A stretch of DNA of 64,000 nucleotides from positions 90-64,089 of the forward strand of contig CAVPCZ010000005.1 in assembly GCA_963702445.1 (NCBI GenBank). Direction: 5' to 3'. The translations under genes were made by a program, and so were the position numbers. Positions 33,281 to 43,323 of the stretch are shown here, piece by piece (positions within the stretch are counted from its first letter, which is position 1; each line of letters begins with the position of its first letter). The notes below the pieces were generated by a model, which did no database searches, had not been told where the DNA came from, and saw only the letters and a program-made list of their open reading frames with translations. Source of the DNA: Ignavibacteriota bacterium. Its GTDB lineage: Bacteria > Bacteroidota > Ignavibacteria > UBA10030 > UBA6906.

Positions 33281-34270
33281 GAGGTTGTCCGGAGGGGTGT
33301 GCGGAGGGATCGCGCAGCCGGCGTTGAGAATGAAGCGCGGGTTGCCGGCAAAGATGCTCAGCAATTCGAGAGTCTTCTCTTCCACCAGCGCAGCGGTTCC
33401 ACGCGCAAGCACACCGCTCGGGTCGATGTTCCCCACAAACGTCGTACGGCCCTCACAGGTACTGCATGCGAGCCGCGCATCTGTTCTGTAATCGATTTCA
33501 AGCCCGTCTGCTCCGGTGGTTATCAAATCCCCGAGGATCGGTCCCGTGTTGCCGCAGACATGCAAGAGATACGGCAAACCCAGTTCCTGAGAAGCCTTGA
33601 CCACCCTGCGCTCATACGGCAGGGCAAAACGCCGGAAGAGAGAGGGGGAGACGATGTCGGGTCCTGCGACACTGTCCCCGTTCGAAACCATGTCCGCTCC
33701 GGTTTCAGCCATCAGCCGTATGAACTGTACAGTAACCCCCGTGCAGTAGTCCAGCAACGCGTGTATCAGTTCCTCGTTGCCGGGATCGAGAAGATCCATC
33801 ATCCATCCGTCAATTCCCCGGATGAGACTTGCCAGCGTAAAGGGAGCCTGGTCGCAATTGCCCCGTACGAAGATTTCGTTTCCGCACCGCCGCTTCACCA
33901 AACGCACCGCTTCAAGCCATATCCGGACACCCGGGTAGGACAGAAGGTCAACCGGTTCCAGGTCGCGCACCTCATCCAGGGAATGCAGCAATGCCCCTTT
34001 TACCCGTGCGGGTTCTTCGCGGGGAAAGTCAACGGGCACACCCAGCGCACCGGCAAGGGTGGCGGTGTCGACATCGACAACAATACCGTCGTAGCCGTAT
34101 CGATCCAGAGACCGGAGAAAGGCGCCGGCAATTGTCTCCGGGTCGCTCCGGAACTCCTGCATGGTCACTCCGGCCTCGGCTGCGGCCATCATGAAACTGT
34201 GGAGCATGACGGGAACCGCGTCAACCGGTTCACCGCGCAGACCCGACCAGATTCGCTGGTGACCATTCAT
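33230..34270 (-). CDS. Uroporphyrinogen decarboxylase (URO-D) family protein, MtaA/MtbA-like methyltransferase subfamily candidate
   Basis: Intact 346 aa. URO-D-fold pattern along the whole length (..DGIVVDVDTATLAGALG.., FVRGNCDQAPFTLASLIRG, DMVSNGDSVAGPDIVSP, LLHVCGNT, GADGLEIDY, FILNAGCAIPPHTPPDN). Confidence 0.8.
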   Translation of the reverse strand: MNGHQRIWSGLRGEPVDAVPVMLHSFMMAAAEAGVTMQEFRSDPETIAGAFLRSLDRYGYDGIVVDVDTATLAGALGVPVDFPREEPARVKGALLHSLDEVRDLEPVDLLSYPGVRIWLEAVRLVKRRCGNEIFVRGNCDQAPFTLASLIRGIDGWMMDLLDPGNEELIHALLDYCTGVTVQFIRLMAETGADMVSNGDSVAGPDIVSPSLFRRFALPYERRVVKASQELGLPYLLHVCGNTGPILGDLITTGADGLEIDYRTDARLACSTCEGRTTFVGNIDPSGVLARGTAALVEEKTLELLSIFAGNPRFILNAGCAIPPHTPPDNLRTMIRAARDFPPPLRA

Positions 34271-34302
34271 GGATATGTTCCTGCTTCCCTGTTCACCGGG
34301 GG

Positions 34303-34449
34303 TTAGGGTTTCGATTTCCGCCGTCCTGATTTGCCGAGAAGGTCCCGCAGGTCACTGATTCCCCCGATGGAAACAACGAGCGCTATGCCGAAAAAGAGGA
34401 CCCCGGCGACCGCAAACGTGATAGTCCAGAACAGTGCACCTGATGTCAT
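34303..34449 (-). CDS. 48-aa single-TM protein translationally coupled to the symporter
   Basis: MTSGALFWTITFAVAGVLFFGIALVVSIGGISDLRDLLGKSGRRKSKP. Its ATG overlaps the symporter stop (ATGA at 34446-34449). Confidence 0.45.
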   Translation of the reverse strand: MTSGALFWTITFAVAGVLFFGIALVVSIGGISDLRDLLGKSGRRKSKP

Positions 34450-35933
34450 GTGTGCTCCACGGAAGGAAGGGAACGAGGAGGTGAGGATCGTTGCGTCAGG
34501 AGTGAACCCAGAACCATACCCAGGGCCGCCAGCGCGAAGCTGAGCATGCCGGCGATATTGACGTCGGTGATAAACCAGAGCCAGCCGGGCAGGACATCGC
34601 GTGATTTTTCGAGGAGCAGGAATCCGGCCGGCGCCGCCGCCCCCAACAGGAGCGCCGCATACGCGCCGGCGTTGTTGGCCCTGGGCCAGTAGAGGCCTGC
34701 CGCAACACATCCGAGTGCGCCCGACGTGTACATGGCACCCGTGAGATAGATGTATTGAAATGCCGTGTCCGGGATTTTGTACCAGAGTCCGAAAACCAGG
34801 AGAAATATGCCTATTGCTCCCGCGGCGACTCGCGTGACGGCTACGGTTGTCGCCTCAGGGAAATCCCGCGTCCGGGTGCAGCCGACAATGTCGCGTGCAA
34901 GGACGGAACTCCAGGCAAGAAGATAGGCGCTATACGTCGACATGGACGCAGCCAGCATTCCGGCAACGAGCAAGCCAAGGAACCCAGTCGGCACGATCTC
35001 CCCGAGCAGCCTGGGCATCGCAGCGGTGGTCGGCAACCCCGTGCCATAGAACGCCAGGGCTGCAACGCCCCAGAACATGGGCACCATGGCCCGGCCGGCG
35101 AACGTGAGTCCTGTCCAGAAGAACATACGTTTCGCGATTGCCGGGCTCTCTGACGAAAGCGCCTTGGATGTTCCGGGTTGCCACAATGCGCCGGCCGCAA
35201 CGCTGCTCACCAGGACCCAGACAACAAACGTCCAGCCAAAGCGCGGATTCACAAAGGGATCCACCCCTCCCGCACCGAGCGTCTGCGATACGGCCGTGCT
35301 CATACTCGCCAGATCGACGCGGAGCAGCACCGCCAGGGTCGCCACAAGCATCCCGATGGTCAGGATCACAAACTGCATATAGTCCGTGATGACAATCGAA
35401 AACATGCCGCCCATAATCGTGTATGCGATCACAATCAGGATCATGACGGTCATGATGACCGCAACGGCTCCCGGGCCGAACCCCATGACTTCGGAGAGGA
35501 ATATCCCGTCAAACACCAGGAACACTCCCATATTCAGAACACCCCCCAAAAAGAGAACGATGCCTCCGAGCAGGCGTACCCGGCGCGAATACCGCAACTC
35601 ATAGAACTCGGGGATGGTCATCACACGATGGCGACGGAGGCCTTCAATGATGAATCCTGTCTGGCCGACGGTCGAATACGCAACGAGGGCGAGAATCCCG
35701 ATGATGAACCCGGCGTATCCGGCAACATAACCGAGCTCGCCGTAGTAGACGAACGTGACAGTTCCCAGCTCCGTTGCCACAAATGTGGCGATGCCGAGAT
35801 ACACCTTCACGTTTCTGCCTGCCACCATGTAGCCTGCGAGGTCCTCGACATATCGTTTTGCCCATATCCCCAGCACAACGCTGCCGACAAGGTAGATGAT
35901 CGTCACAACCCAATCGATTGTTCCGAAGTTCAT
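34446..35933 (-). CDS. Sodium:solute symporter (SSS) family transporter
   Basis: Intact, about 495 aa from the ATG at 35933 (MNFGTIDWVVTIIYLVGSVVLGIWAKRYV..DLAGYMVAGRN..). About 13 hydrophobic segments, a typical SSS N-terminus. Confidence 0.85.
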   Translation of the reverse strand: MNFGTIDWVVTIIYLVGSVVLGIWAKRYVEDLAGYMVAGRNVKVYLGIATFVATELGTVTFVYYGELGYVAGYAGFIIGILALVAYSTVGQTGFIIEGLRRHRVMTIPEFYELRYSRRVRLLGGIVLFLGGVLNMGVFLVFDGIFLSEVMGFGPGAVAVIMTVMILIVIAYTIMGGMFSIVITDYMQFVILTIGMLVATLAVLLRVDLASMSTAVSQTLGAGGVDPFVNPRFGWTFVVWVLVSSVAAGALWQPGTSKALSSESPAIAKRMFFWTGLTFAGRAMVPMFWGVAALAFYGTGLPTTAAMPRLLGEIVPTGFLGLLVAGMLAASMSTYSAYLLAWSSVLARDIVGCTRTRDFPEATTVAVTRVAAGAIGIFLLVFGLWYKIPDTAFQYIYLTGAMYTSGALGCVAAGLYWPRANNAGAYAALLLGAAAPAGFLLLEKSRDVLPGWLWFITDVNIAGMLSFALAALGMVLGSLLTQRSSPPRSLPSVEHT

Positions 35934-36182
35934 GGGGCAAACACCTGCTTCCGGAATCGTGCATACAGAGACCACTTCATGAAGTTCATTCCCCGGGACG
36001 GCTGGGAGAGGACCTCCGCACCCGGAATCGTCTTGAGAGCATTGATGAAGGGCTGGGCATAGTTCAACAGTTCGACATCTTTCTTTTCGGACTTGAGCAA
36101 TCGATTCCTTTCCAGCTGACGAGGTCCGGTGTTGTCCGAAGACAGGGAGCGGTGATGGGCGGTGTGCCCACGTGAGGCCGGT

Positions 36183-36974
36183 TTATTTCATTCCCTTCAG
36201 CCATTCCTGAGCGAATGTGCGTGCGGCTTCAGTGGCTTCCTTTCCGGCACGGAACGCGAGCTTCCAGTTGCCGTCTTTATTTTCGAATTCATCGTTCGCA
36301 AAGACCATCATCTTGTTTTTCTTGATCAGCTTGGCGCCATAATCCACGTTCTTCGTTGCCTCCAGAAACGTCTGGAGGCGTTTTTTCACCAGAGGACGCG
36401 GATCGCCTTTGGGATAATCACGCTCATATTCCGCAATCTCTTTCTGGTACTCTTCCGCGGCCGTGCGGTTCGCTTCCTGCGTGTATTTATCCATTTCGGC
36501 ATCTTGCGATGTGTCGGGGTTTTCCATATCCTTCACAGCCTTCCGGAGGGAGGCCAGTATATCCTTGTACATGGCCTTCTGTTCCTCCGGCGCCTTCGCC
36601 GCCGCCTTTTCCTGTTCGGCAAGTGCCGCCTTCATCTCTGCCAGCTGTTTCTTCCGGGCTTCCGCCATCGTCGGCAGGAGTTCAGGCGCTCTCGGTTTCT
36701 GTTCCTCCCTGAATTCATCATAGATCTTCTTGAAGGCGGCGCTCTCCACGAACGTGCGGGTATACTCGCCGACCGCGCGGACCAGGGCGGCGCGTTTGTT
36801 CACCGGGATAAGGGTGCACGCTGATGGATACGAGAAGGACCCGTAGTGGAAATTCGCCTGGATGAAGTCCTCCACCTGCTTCTTTGTGCTCTTCATGTCG
36901 GCCAGGTAGTCCTCGATCCCGGCGCCCAGGGTAACGGCAAACAGCACCATGGAAACAACAAGCACACGTCTCAT
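36183..36974 (-). CDS. Secreted Lys/Glu-rich coiled-coil protein of unknown function
   Basis: Intact 263 aa with a ggagg RBS. Signal peptide MRRVLVVSMVLFAVTLGAG and a central helical charged region (KKQLAEMKAALAEQEKAAAKAPEEQK). No motif recognised. Confidence 0.65.
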   Translation of the reverse strand: MRRVLVVSMVLFAVTLGAGIEDYLADMKSTKKQVEDFIQANFHYGSFSYPSACTLIPVNKRAALVRAVGEYTRTFVESAAFKKIYDEFREEQKPRAPELLPTMAEARKKQLAEMKAALAEQEKAAAKAPEEQKAMYKDILASLRKAVKDMENPDTSQDAEMDKYTQEANRTAAEEYQKEIAEYERDYPKGDPRPLVKKRLQTFLEATKNVDYGAKLIKKNKMMVFANDEFENKDGNWKLAFRAGKEATEAARTFAQEWLKGMK

Positions 36975-37081
36975 AGTGAGACCTCCAATGTGTAAAGGGA
37001 ATCAGCATTCGTCAAGCAGTCGCCACGGCGTTCACGTTCCCCCGCCTGCACGGCAGTTCTGTGTGGATTCCGGCGGACGGA

Positions 37082-38455
37082 TTACAGACCGTAGCTGGAA
37101 GGAGAAAACCGGTGCGCATAGCTATCCGCCATCTCCCCAAGCAGGGTTTCTTCGTTTTCCGGCAGTGCGTCCAGGGCGGCGTTGATTTTCTCCAGCCACG
37201 ACAATTCTCTTCCGGGGAGTGTAAGGGCCCCGTCTGCCGATGCGCGGGTCATGATCCCGACCGCAGTCCGCGCTGCAGCGACCGTCTGCGCATACGGCTC
37301 GCGGTGCGCAACAATCGCGCGGGCAATCTCCAGCGTGGAATCCGGGGAAAGAATGAGCGCCTGCGGGCTTAACGCCGTGTCCGAGTCAACAAGCATCTTC
37401 CGGTAGCCCAGAACCATGTCCTGCCGTATCGCCTCGTTAAAGAGCCTGCAATCGTAAGCAAGCAGTTCCAGAAACGCCTCGGGGGCCGAGCCGGAGAGCA
37501 GACGGACGTTCTGGACCGATTCATTACTCCAGAGGTCGCACATCGCGGCGGCCACATTGCCTACCGGACTGAAATGAGCGCAACTCGCGGATTTTCCCTC
37601 CATGGCGATCGGGGTCCCGGTAATTGCCTTGAGGACCGGCCCTTCGTACGCACAGTCTTTGGATGGTCCGATTGCACCGCATTGATAGGCCACGAGGCTG
37701 CGCACAGCACTTGCAGCGCGGATCACCGTCGCCAGCACCTCGGGGAGCATCCCCTGCGAGGCAAGCTGCATGGCTGTATTCGCGAAGCCGCAGGCGGAGT
37801 CCGCGCCCGGAACAACGTGAAACCGGCCCGATACCTCCACGATCTTCCGCCAGAGCCACTCCATATCGCGCGGGGCGAGGACACCCAGGGCGAATATCGC
37901 CCCGCGGATATCCCCGTACATCAATGCCTCGTCATGCACCTCTTTCCCGCCCACGGATTCTATCGAAAGAATATGTGCTCCGGCATCTGCACATCGTTCG
38001 AACGATTCGCACAGGATCTCCCACTCTTCCCCTGTGCGGAGCAAGGGAGGACGCTGACGATCACGCACATCGGTCGGCGTGACCCGCAGCGCGCAGGGCA
38101 GTTGATACTCTTCGTGGGCCTGCCGGAGGGCGTCGTTCAGAATCGTGGTGATCTCCGCACCCCATGCGGGTTTTTCCGTCATCGGGGGAAGCAATTCGAA
38201 TTCCACCACAAGGCCGGGAAGCCGCAGCCTCTTTGACGCCCTCACGATCATCGCACCGAGTTCCTGATAGTGTGTCCGCACTTCCTGCCACGTCGCTTCT
38301 TCGATGGACATTACGGGTAGGGTGAAATTCAACTCCGGATAGACCTCTCCGGCCCCGATATGGATCCCGTATCCGCACGATACCGGGTGCGGCGCAACGC
38401 CAAACCGGAGATCCTCCGGCCGCGTGATGGCAAGGGTTTCGAATGTTCTGTTCAT
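37082..38455 (-). CDS. mtaB: MtaB-family methanol:corrinoid methyltransferase homologue
   Basis: Intact 457 aa, colinear by eye with Methanosarcina MtaB (recalled from memory). Motifs LSIESVGGKEVHDEAL, GADSACGFANTAM, RSLVAYQCGAIGPSKDCAYEGPVLKAITGTPIAMEGKSASCAHFSPVGN, CDLWSNESV, LAYDCRLFN, and a C-terminal ..FSPSSYGL. Confidence 0.85.
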   Translation of the reverse strand: MNRTFETLAITRPEDLRFGVAPHPVSCGYGIHIGAGEVYPELNFTLPVMSIEEATWQEVRTHYQELGAMIVRASKRLRLPGLVVEFELLPPMTEKPAWGAEITTILNDALRQAHEEYQLPCALRVTPTDVRDRQRPPLLRTGEEWEILCESFERCADAGAHILSIESVGGKEVHDEALMYGDIRGAIFALGVLAPRDMEWLWRKIVEVSGRFHVVPGADSACGFANTAMQLASQGMLPEVLATVIRAASAVRSLVAYQCGAIGPSKDCAYEGPVLKAITGTPIAMEGKSASCAHFSPVGNVAAAMCDLWSNESVQNVRLLSGSAPEAFLELLAYDCRLFNEAIRQDMVLGYRKMLVDSDTALSPQALILSPDSTLEIARAIVAHREPYAQTVAAARTAVGIMTRASADGALTLPGRELSWLEKINAALDALPENEETLLGEMADSYAHRFSPSSYGL

Positions 38456-38591
38456 CGTGAACGTCCTCTTGGCAGTGTATGTAAGTCCTCTCCAGGCGGG
38501 ATACGCCCTCCCGGTCTATCCGTACTGCCGCGTCAGAATACATTCCCCCGAGCGGAATCAGGACTTCGTGTCCACCGGCAGTGTGATGTGC

Positions 38592-38948
38592 CTACTCCCC
38601 TCTGTAGATGCACCCGCTGGTGCAGGTTTCCCGGACGACGACCTTGCTCAACTGCGGCAGTTCCGGCTTCAATCTGTGCCAAATCCATCGTGCGAGATTC
38701 TCGCTCGTAGGATTCTCCAGCCCCGGAATGTCATTGAGATAGTGGTGGTCCAGCTGCTCGTACAACGGCCGGAACGCCTTCTTCAGGTCGGCAAAATCAA
38801 TGACCCATCCCAGATCCGGGTCCACGGGACCCGAGACATGCACGACGACAACAAAGGAGTGGCCGTGGAGCCGGCGGCATTTGTGTCCCTCGGGCAGATT
38901 GGGCAGCAGGTGCGCCGCCTCGAACCGGATTTCTTTGAAGATTTCCAT
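38592..38948 (-). CDS. queD: 6-carboxy-5,6,7,8-tetrahydropterin synthase
   Basis: Intact 118 aa. [47 protein letters not shown] are classic QueD/PTPS motifs. Confidence 0.9.
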   Translation of the reverse strand: MEIFKEIRFEAAHLLPNLPEGHKCRRLHGHSFVVVVHVSGPVDPDLGWVIDFADLKKAFRPLYEQLDHHYLNDIPGLENPTSENLARWIWHRLKPELPQLSKVVVRETCTSGCIYRGE

Positions 38949-38957
38949 CGCTGCTTC

Positions 38958-39601
38958 CTATGGTAATCCGAGAATCTTGTGCATTTGCAGGCTCAGTTTC
39001 CACCGGGGGTGCTCCAGACAGTAGCGCATGGCCAGACGCGTGTTTTCCTACCTGGCCGGCCCGTCCATCGGTTGCAGGAAGAACTCGATCGAACTGCAGG
39101 TCCGCAAAACGTTCGGGCTCAGCGCCGGGCTGCGGGAAGATGAGCTTGAGCTCATGTCCGGCATTGACCGCCAGCGTTGTTCCCGCCTTCGGGCTCACGC
39201 AAATCCAATCAATGCCCGGAGGCGGAAGAATGGTGCCGTTTGTCTCGATTGCGACTTCGGCGCCCCACGCGTGAAACACATGAAGAAGCGCCTCGTCGAG
39301 CTGCAGAAGGGGCTCCCCCCCGGTGCAGACAACGAAGGGACGTGCTTCCGGATCACTGGTTGCCGGCCACTGTGATCTGACTGCTTGAGCGACGTCAGTG
39401 GCAGAGAGCGAATTGCCCGCCCCCGGGACCATCGGTGCCGGCAAAATCGGTATCACAGAACCGGCAGACCGCAGATGCCCTGTCCTGTTCACGGCCGCTC
39501 CAGAGATTGCACCCCGAAAACCGGCAGAAGACGGCCGCTCTGCCGCTGTTGGCTCCTTCGCCCTGAATGGTGTAGTAGATTTCTTTGATGGAATAGGGCA
39601 T
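38958..39601 (-). CDS. queE: 7-carboxy-7-deazaguanine synthase (radical SAM); two frameshifts as assembled
   Basis: MPYSIKEIYYTIQGEGANSGRAAVFCRFSGCNLWSG..CRFCDTDF (ORF 39395..39709), then VVCTGGEPLLQ..AIETNGT..WICVSPK (ORF 38797..39492), then ..MRYCLEHPRWKLSLQMHKILGLP* in a third frame. Lies 10 nt upstream of queD. Confidence 0.8.
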
Positions 39602-39632
39602 ATGTCTTCCGGGTGATGTCCGGAACTCCTGA

Positions 39633-41008
39633 TTATCCCCTTGTACTTCCCCGTGCAAGTGACGAAAATACGCCTGCAACACAGAGCGCCGAGAAGACGG
39701 CAAAAGCAATATTCACGCTATGAAGGAACTGCGGGTACGATGACGGCTGAATCTGGACATGGCCGATGAAGATCGCGAACACCAGCATGGCAATGCCGAG
39801 ACTCACCGTCTGACCGGTCATGCGCATTGTGGCCAGCGTTCCCGCCGCCACTCCGTACACTGTCCGATCGACAGAACCCATGACCGCATTGGTATTGGGG
39901 GATGAGAACAGTGCGAAACCGAGACCGAGAAACCCCAGCGCTGTAACGATGAAGGGGAGCGGTGTCGTCGCGGTAAGGAACACAAAGAACAGGAGACCAC
40001 CCACAATCACCCCCATTCCCACCGAGGACACAATACGGGGATCGACCCGGTCGGACAGTTTCCCGGCAAAGGGTGAGCCGGCCGCCATCACCACCGGTTG
40101 AGCAAGCAGCACAAGGCCGGCCTGCTGCGGACTGAGTCCGCGGATGTACATGAGGTAGAGCCCGAGGAGAAAGGATACAGCAAAAGTTGCACTGTAGTTG
40201 ATAAACGCCGCAAGATTGGAGAACGCAAAGACCCGGTTACGCCGGAACAGATTGATGTCGAGCACAGGGACTCTCCGCATGCAGTTCCCACCGGATAAAC
40301 ACCAGGAGCAGAAGGAGTCCGCCGGCCGCAAGAACACGCCCCGGTGACGTCGGGAAGGAGGGAGAATCCGTACATCAGCGCTACAAGAGCGACGGCATAT
40401 ATGCATGATCCGGTCACATCAAATCGGGCTCCCCGCGACTCGGTCCATTCCCCTCTCATCTTCACTACGACAAGGATGATCATCAGTACGCCCAGGGGAA
40501 CATTCGCGAGGAAGATGCTCCGCCAGCCAAAGTGCTGGGTAAGAACGCCTCCGACAAATGGACCGAGCGAAAGACCGACATACACTGAAGCAGTGTTGAT
40601 GCCGAGCACCCTTCCCCGTTCTCCTGCGGGAAAGAGGGAAGTGAGAATGGCAATGCTCGTCCCCGCCATCATGGCGGCGCTGATGCCCTGCAGCACCCGC
40701 GCGCCGATGAGCAGACTCAGGGAAGGGGAGAGACCGCAGAGGAGAGACGAGCATGTATGCAGGGTAACGCCTCCGAGAAACACCCGCCTTCTGCCGGTGA
40801 TATCCGCAATCCGGCCAAAAGGGACGAGGAAGACGGAGGATGAAAGGAGATATGAGGTCGGCACCCATCCCAGCAAGACCGCACTCATGGAAAACTCCGT
40901 CCCTATTGCCGGGAGGGCAATATTGATGGAAGAACTCATGAACGGCGTCAGGAACGAGGCCAGGCTCGCGACAAAAAGCGCCGTTTGCTTGCTCACAGGT
41001 GCGGACAA
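39633..41008 (-). CDS. MFS transporter (14-TMS drug:H+ antiporter-like); one frameshift as assembled
   Basis: N-terminal part in ORF 40088..41008 (FMSSSINIALPAIG.., GRIADITGRRRVFLGG, LQGISAAMM). C-terminal part in ORF 39633..40406 (NLFRRNRVFAFSNLAAFINY..). Confidence 0.75.
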
Positions 41009-41383
41009 TGATGGTAGTCCGGTGATGGTTGGAGAATGTGTTGCCGGCGATCTGGGAAAGTATAACGAGGACCGACCGAAGAATCAAGCGTGTCTACCGG
41101 CGGCAGCCCGAGTGAGGAAGGGTGATGGACAATCGGATTTCCTGGCATTGTATCGGAGCGAAGTGTCATGTGCCCGCACGAGCCAGGAGCGCCGCGGCTC
41201 CGATGATCGCAGCTGTCATCAGTGTCGCCAGGATGAACCCCTGAATGTCCACCCTGTGTCTCTTCCGCGAAAATGTTGACTGGAGGTGAAGCAGGTCGAT
41301 GGGATTGACATTCTCCGCGTTAGCCCGTAACTTCTTCTACAGGTCTCTGTTCTCTCCGCCCCTCGGTACTCGAGGTTTGACCC

Positions 41384-43292
41384 ATGCGCGCATCCGCAGT
41401 CCTGTCGTTCTCACCGAGATACCCCGTAGGGAAGTGTTCCGCACATGCGGCTGCTTGTCCTCCAAGCCGCACTGCATCCTCATCGCATCCCCAGCCACTC
41501 TCCACGCGCAACAGTCCGATACCTACCTTATCCCGACCAGCGATGGCATTTTCCTTGATGCCACGGTTGTCACTCCGGACACAGTGCCGCCCGCCGGAGG
41601 CTTTCCGGGGGTCGTGCTGGTCCACGGGTACGGGGGGACAAGGATGACCTGATCATGTCCGCGATCGCGTCCACCCTCGCCTCCCGCGGATATGCCTCCC
41701 TCGCATACAGCGTACGCGGACAGGGGAATTCGGGGGACTCTCCACAACGAGCGGCCCGCGCGAAATGGCGGACCTCCGGGAGGTGATCCTGTTTTTCAGG
41801 ACGAGGCCGAACATCAATCCCGAGAAGCTCGGTGTGGCCGGCGGATCACAGGGGGGCATCCACGCGTGGTACGCTGCAATGGCCAATATGCCGGGAGTGA
41901 AGGTGATAGCGACCCTCGTGGCGCCGCCATCCTTTGCCATGGACCTCGTGCCGAACAACTGCATCAAACAACAGCTGCACTTCGAACTGAACCTGGGTTC
42001 CGTCCGTTTCTCCCCGGACCGTGACCGGATGAAAGAATTCGTGATCGCCGACCGATGGGACAGCGTCCTCGCGTACAGCATACAGAGGGATTATCGTCCG
42101 TTGCTGGACAGCGTGCGTATCCCGGTGATCCAGAGCCTGGGGTGGGCAGATGTTCTGTTTCCCGTGAACGAGGGCATCCGCACGGTGCAGCGGTTGACGA
42201 AGCCGCGGAATTCCCATCTGGTCCTCTTTCGGAACAAACGGACACGGCGAAGAAATCAACCTTGCGGAGTACGTCTCGTTATTCGACAGGGTGTTCCTCT
42301 GGTTTGACCGCTGGCTGAAGGATGCGCCGCTGGATCAATCCGACAAGGCCCTGATCGTCTATGCAGACGACCGGCCCGACTGGCCACATCGTGAGACCAT
42401 CGGATGGCCCCCGAAACCGGCAGGCTCGCTCCGGCTTGCTCTGTCCAACGGGGCTCTCCGCACCATCCCGCCAAACACCACGGAAGAGTTGCCGTTTGTT
42501 CTTTCCTATGACACGACCTATACACCGAGGCAAGGCTGGACTGACGGCTACAAGGGAACCCGGTTCATCCAGGCATTCAGGAGCAGCGGTGCCCGTTTTC
42601 TCTCCTCTCCCTTCGCCGAAACGCTCGATGTCGCCGGCATACCTTTCGCACACCTTGCGCTTCGTTCCGATGCCCCCCAGTTTCAGGCACACATGCAGCT
42701 GTATGATGTGGCTCAAAGCGACACGGGATTTGTCTGGCGGTTGATGACCCGGGGAACCAACGGTGTCCGATCCTCTACACCCGGCACAACCATCGACCGG
42801 GAGTTCGAGTGCCAGGCGCTTGCGCACCGGATTGTTCCGGGCAACAGAATCGGCGTGGAGGTCACTTCCCTCGACATGTACGACAATACCAGGGCGCACA
42901 TCATTCCGTATTTCTCCTCCTCCGCCAGCGTGCTGATGATCTCTCCCTCGGATCCGTCCTATGTCGACATTCCGTTGATCGGCGGAGCAACCTTCGTCTC
43001 TGTGCATCAGACCGCGTCATCCTCACCTGCCGGGTTCTTCCTGCACCAGAACTATCCGAACCCCTTCAATCCGTCCACCGCCATCCGTTTTTCACTCGCC
43101 GGGCCGGGATCCGTCCTTCTTGAAGTGTTCAACGTGCTGGGGCAGAGAGTGGCAACACTCATCGACGGGCCTCTGGAGCGTGGAGAGCATCAGGTGCAGT
43201 TCCAGGGAAGGGGGCTCTCGAGCGGTATGTATGTCTGCCGTCTGAGCGTCGGCAACAGATCAAACCAACGGACAATGCTCTTGGTGCGATAG
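41384..43292 (+). CDS. Secreted alpha/beta hydrolase of the CocE/NonD / X-Pro dipeptidyl-peptidase (S15) type with a T9SS C-terminal domain; at least 3 frameshifts as assembled
   Basis: IPTSDGIFLDATVVTPD..GFPGVVLVHGYGG; nucleophile elbow GVAGGSQGG; PepX_C-like C-terminal half (ORF 42291..43292); CTD FFLHQNYPNPFNPSTAIRFSL..GMYVCRL. The exact start is uncertain. Confidence 0.65.
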
Positions 43293-43323
43293 AAGGTGCA
43301 GCAGTACGCAGTGTCAACGGTGC

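Noticed and set aside
33083-34306. 407-aa plus-strand ORF
   Set aside because: It is antisense to the URO-D-family gene, is Arg/Gly-rich and has no motifs.
36183-36974. The 263-aa ORF as the missing MtaC corrinoid protein (similar size, located between the MtaB-like and MtaA-like genes)
   Set aside because: It has a cleavable signal peptide and a Lys/Glu-rich coiled-coil composition, and lacks a DxHxxG / B12-binding motif.
39602-39632. preQ1 riboswitch upstream of queE
   Set aside because: Only 31 nt separate queE from the MFS stop, and the sequence shows no preQ1-type hairpin or A-rich tail.
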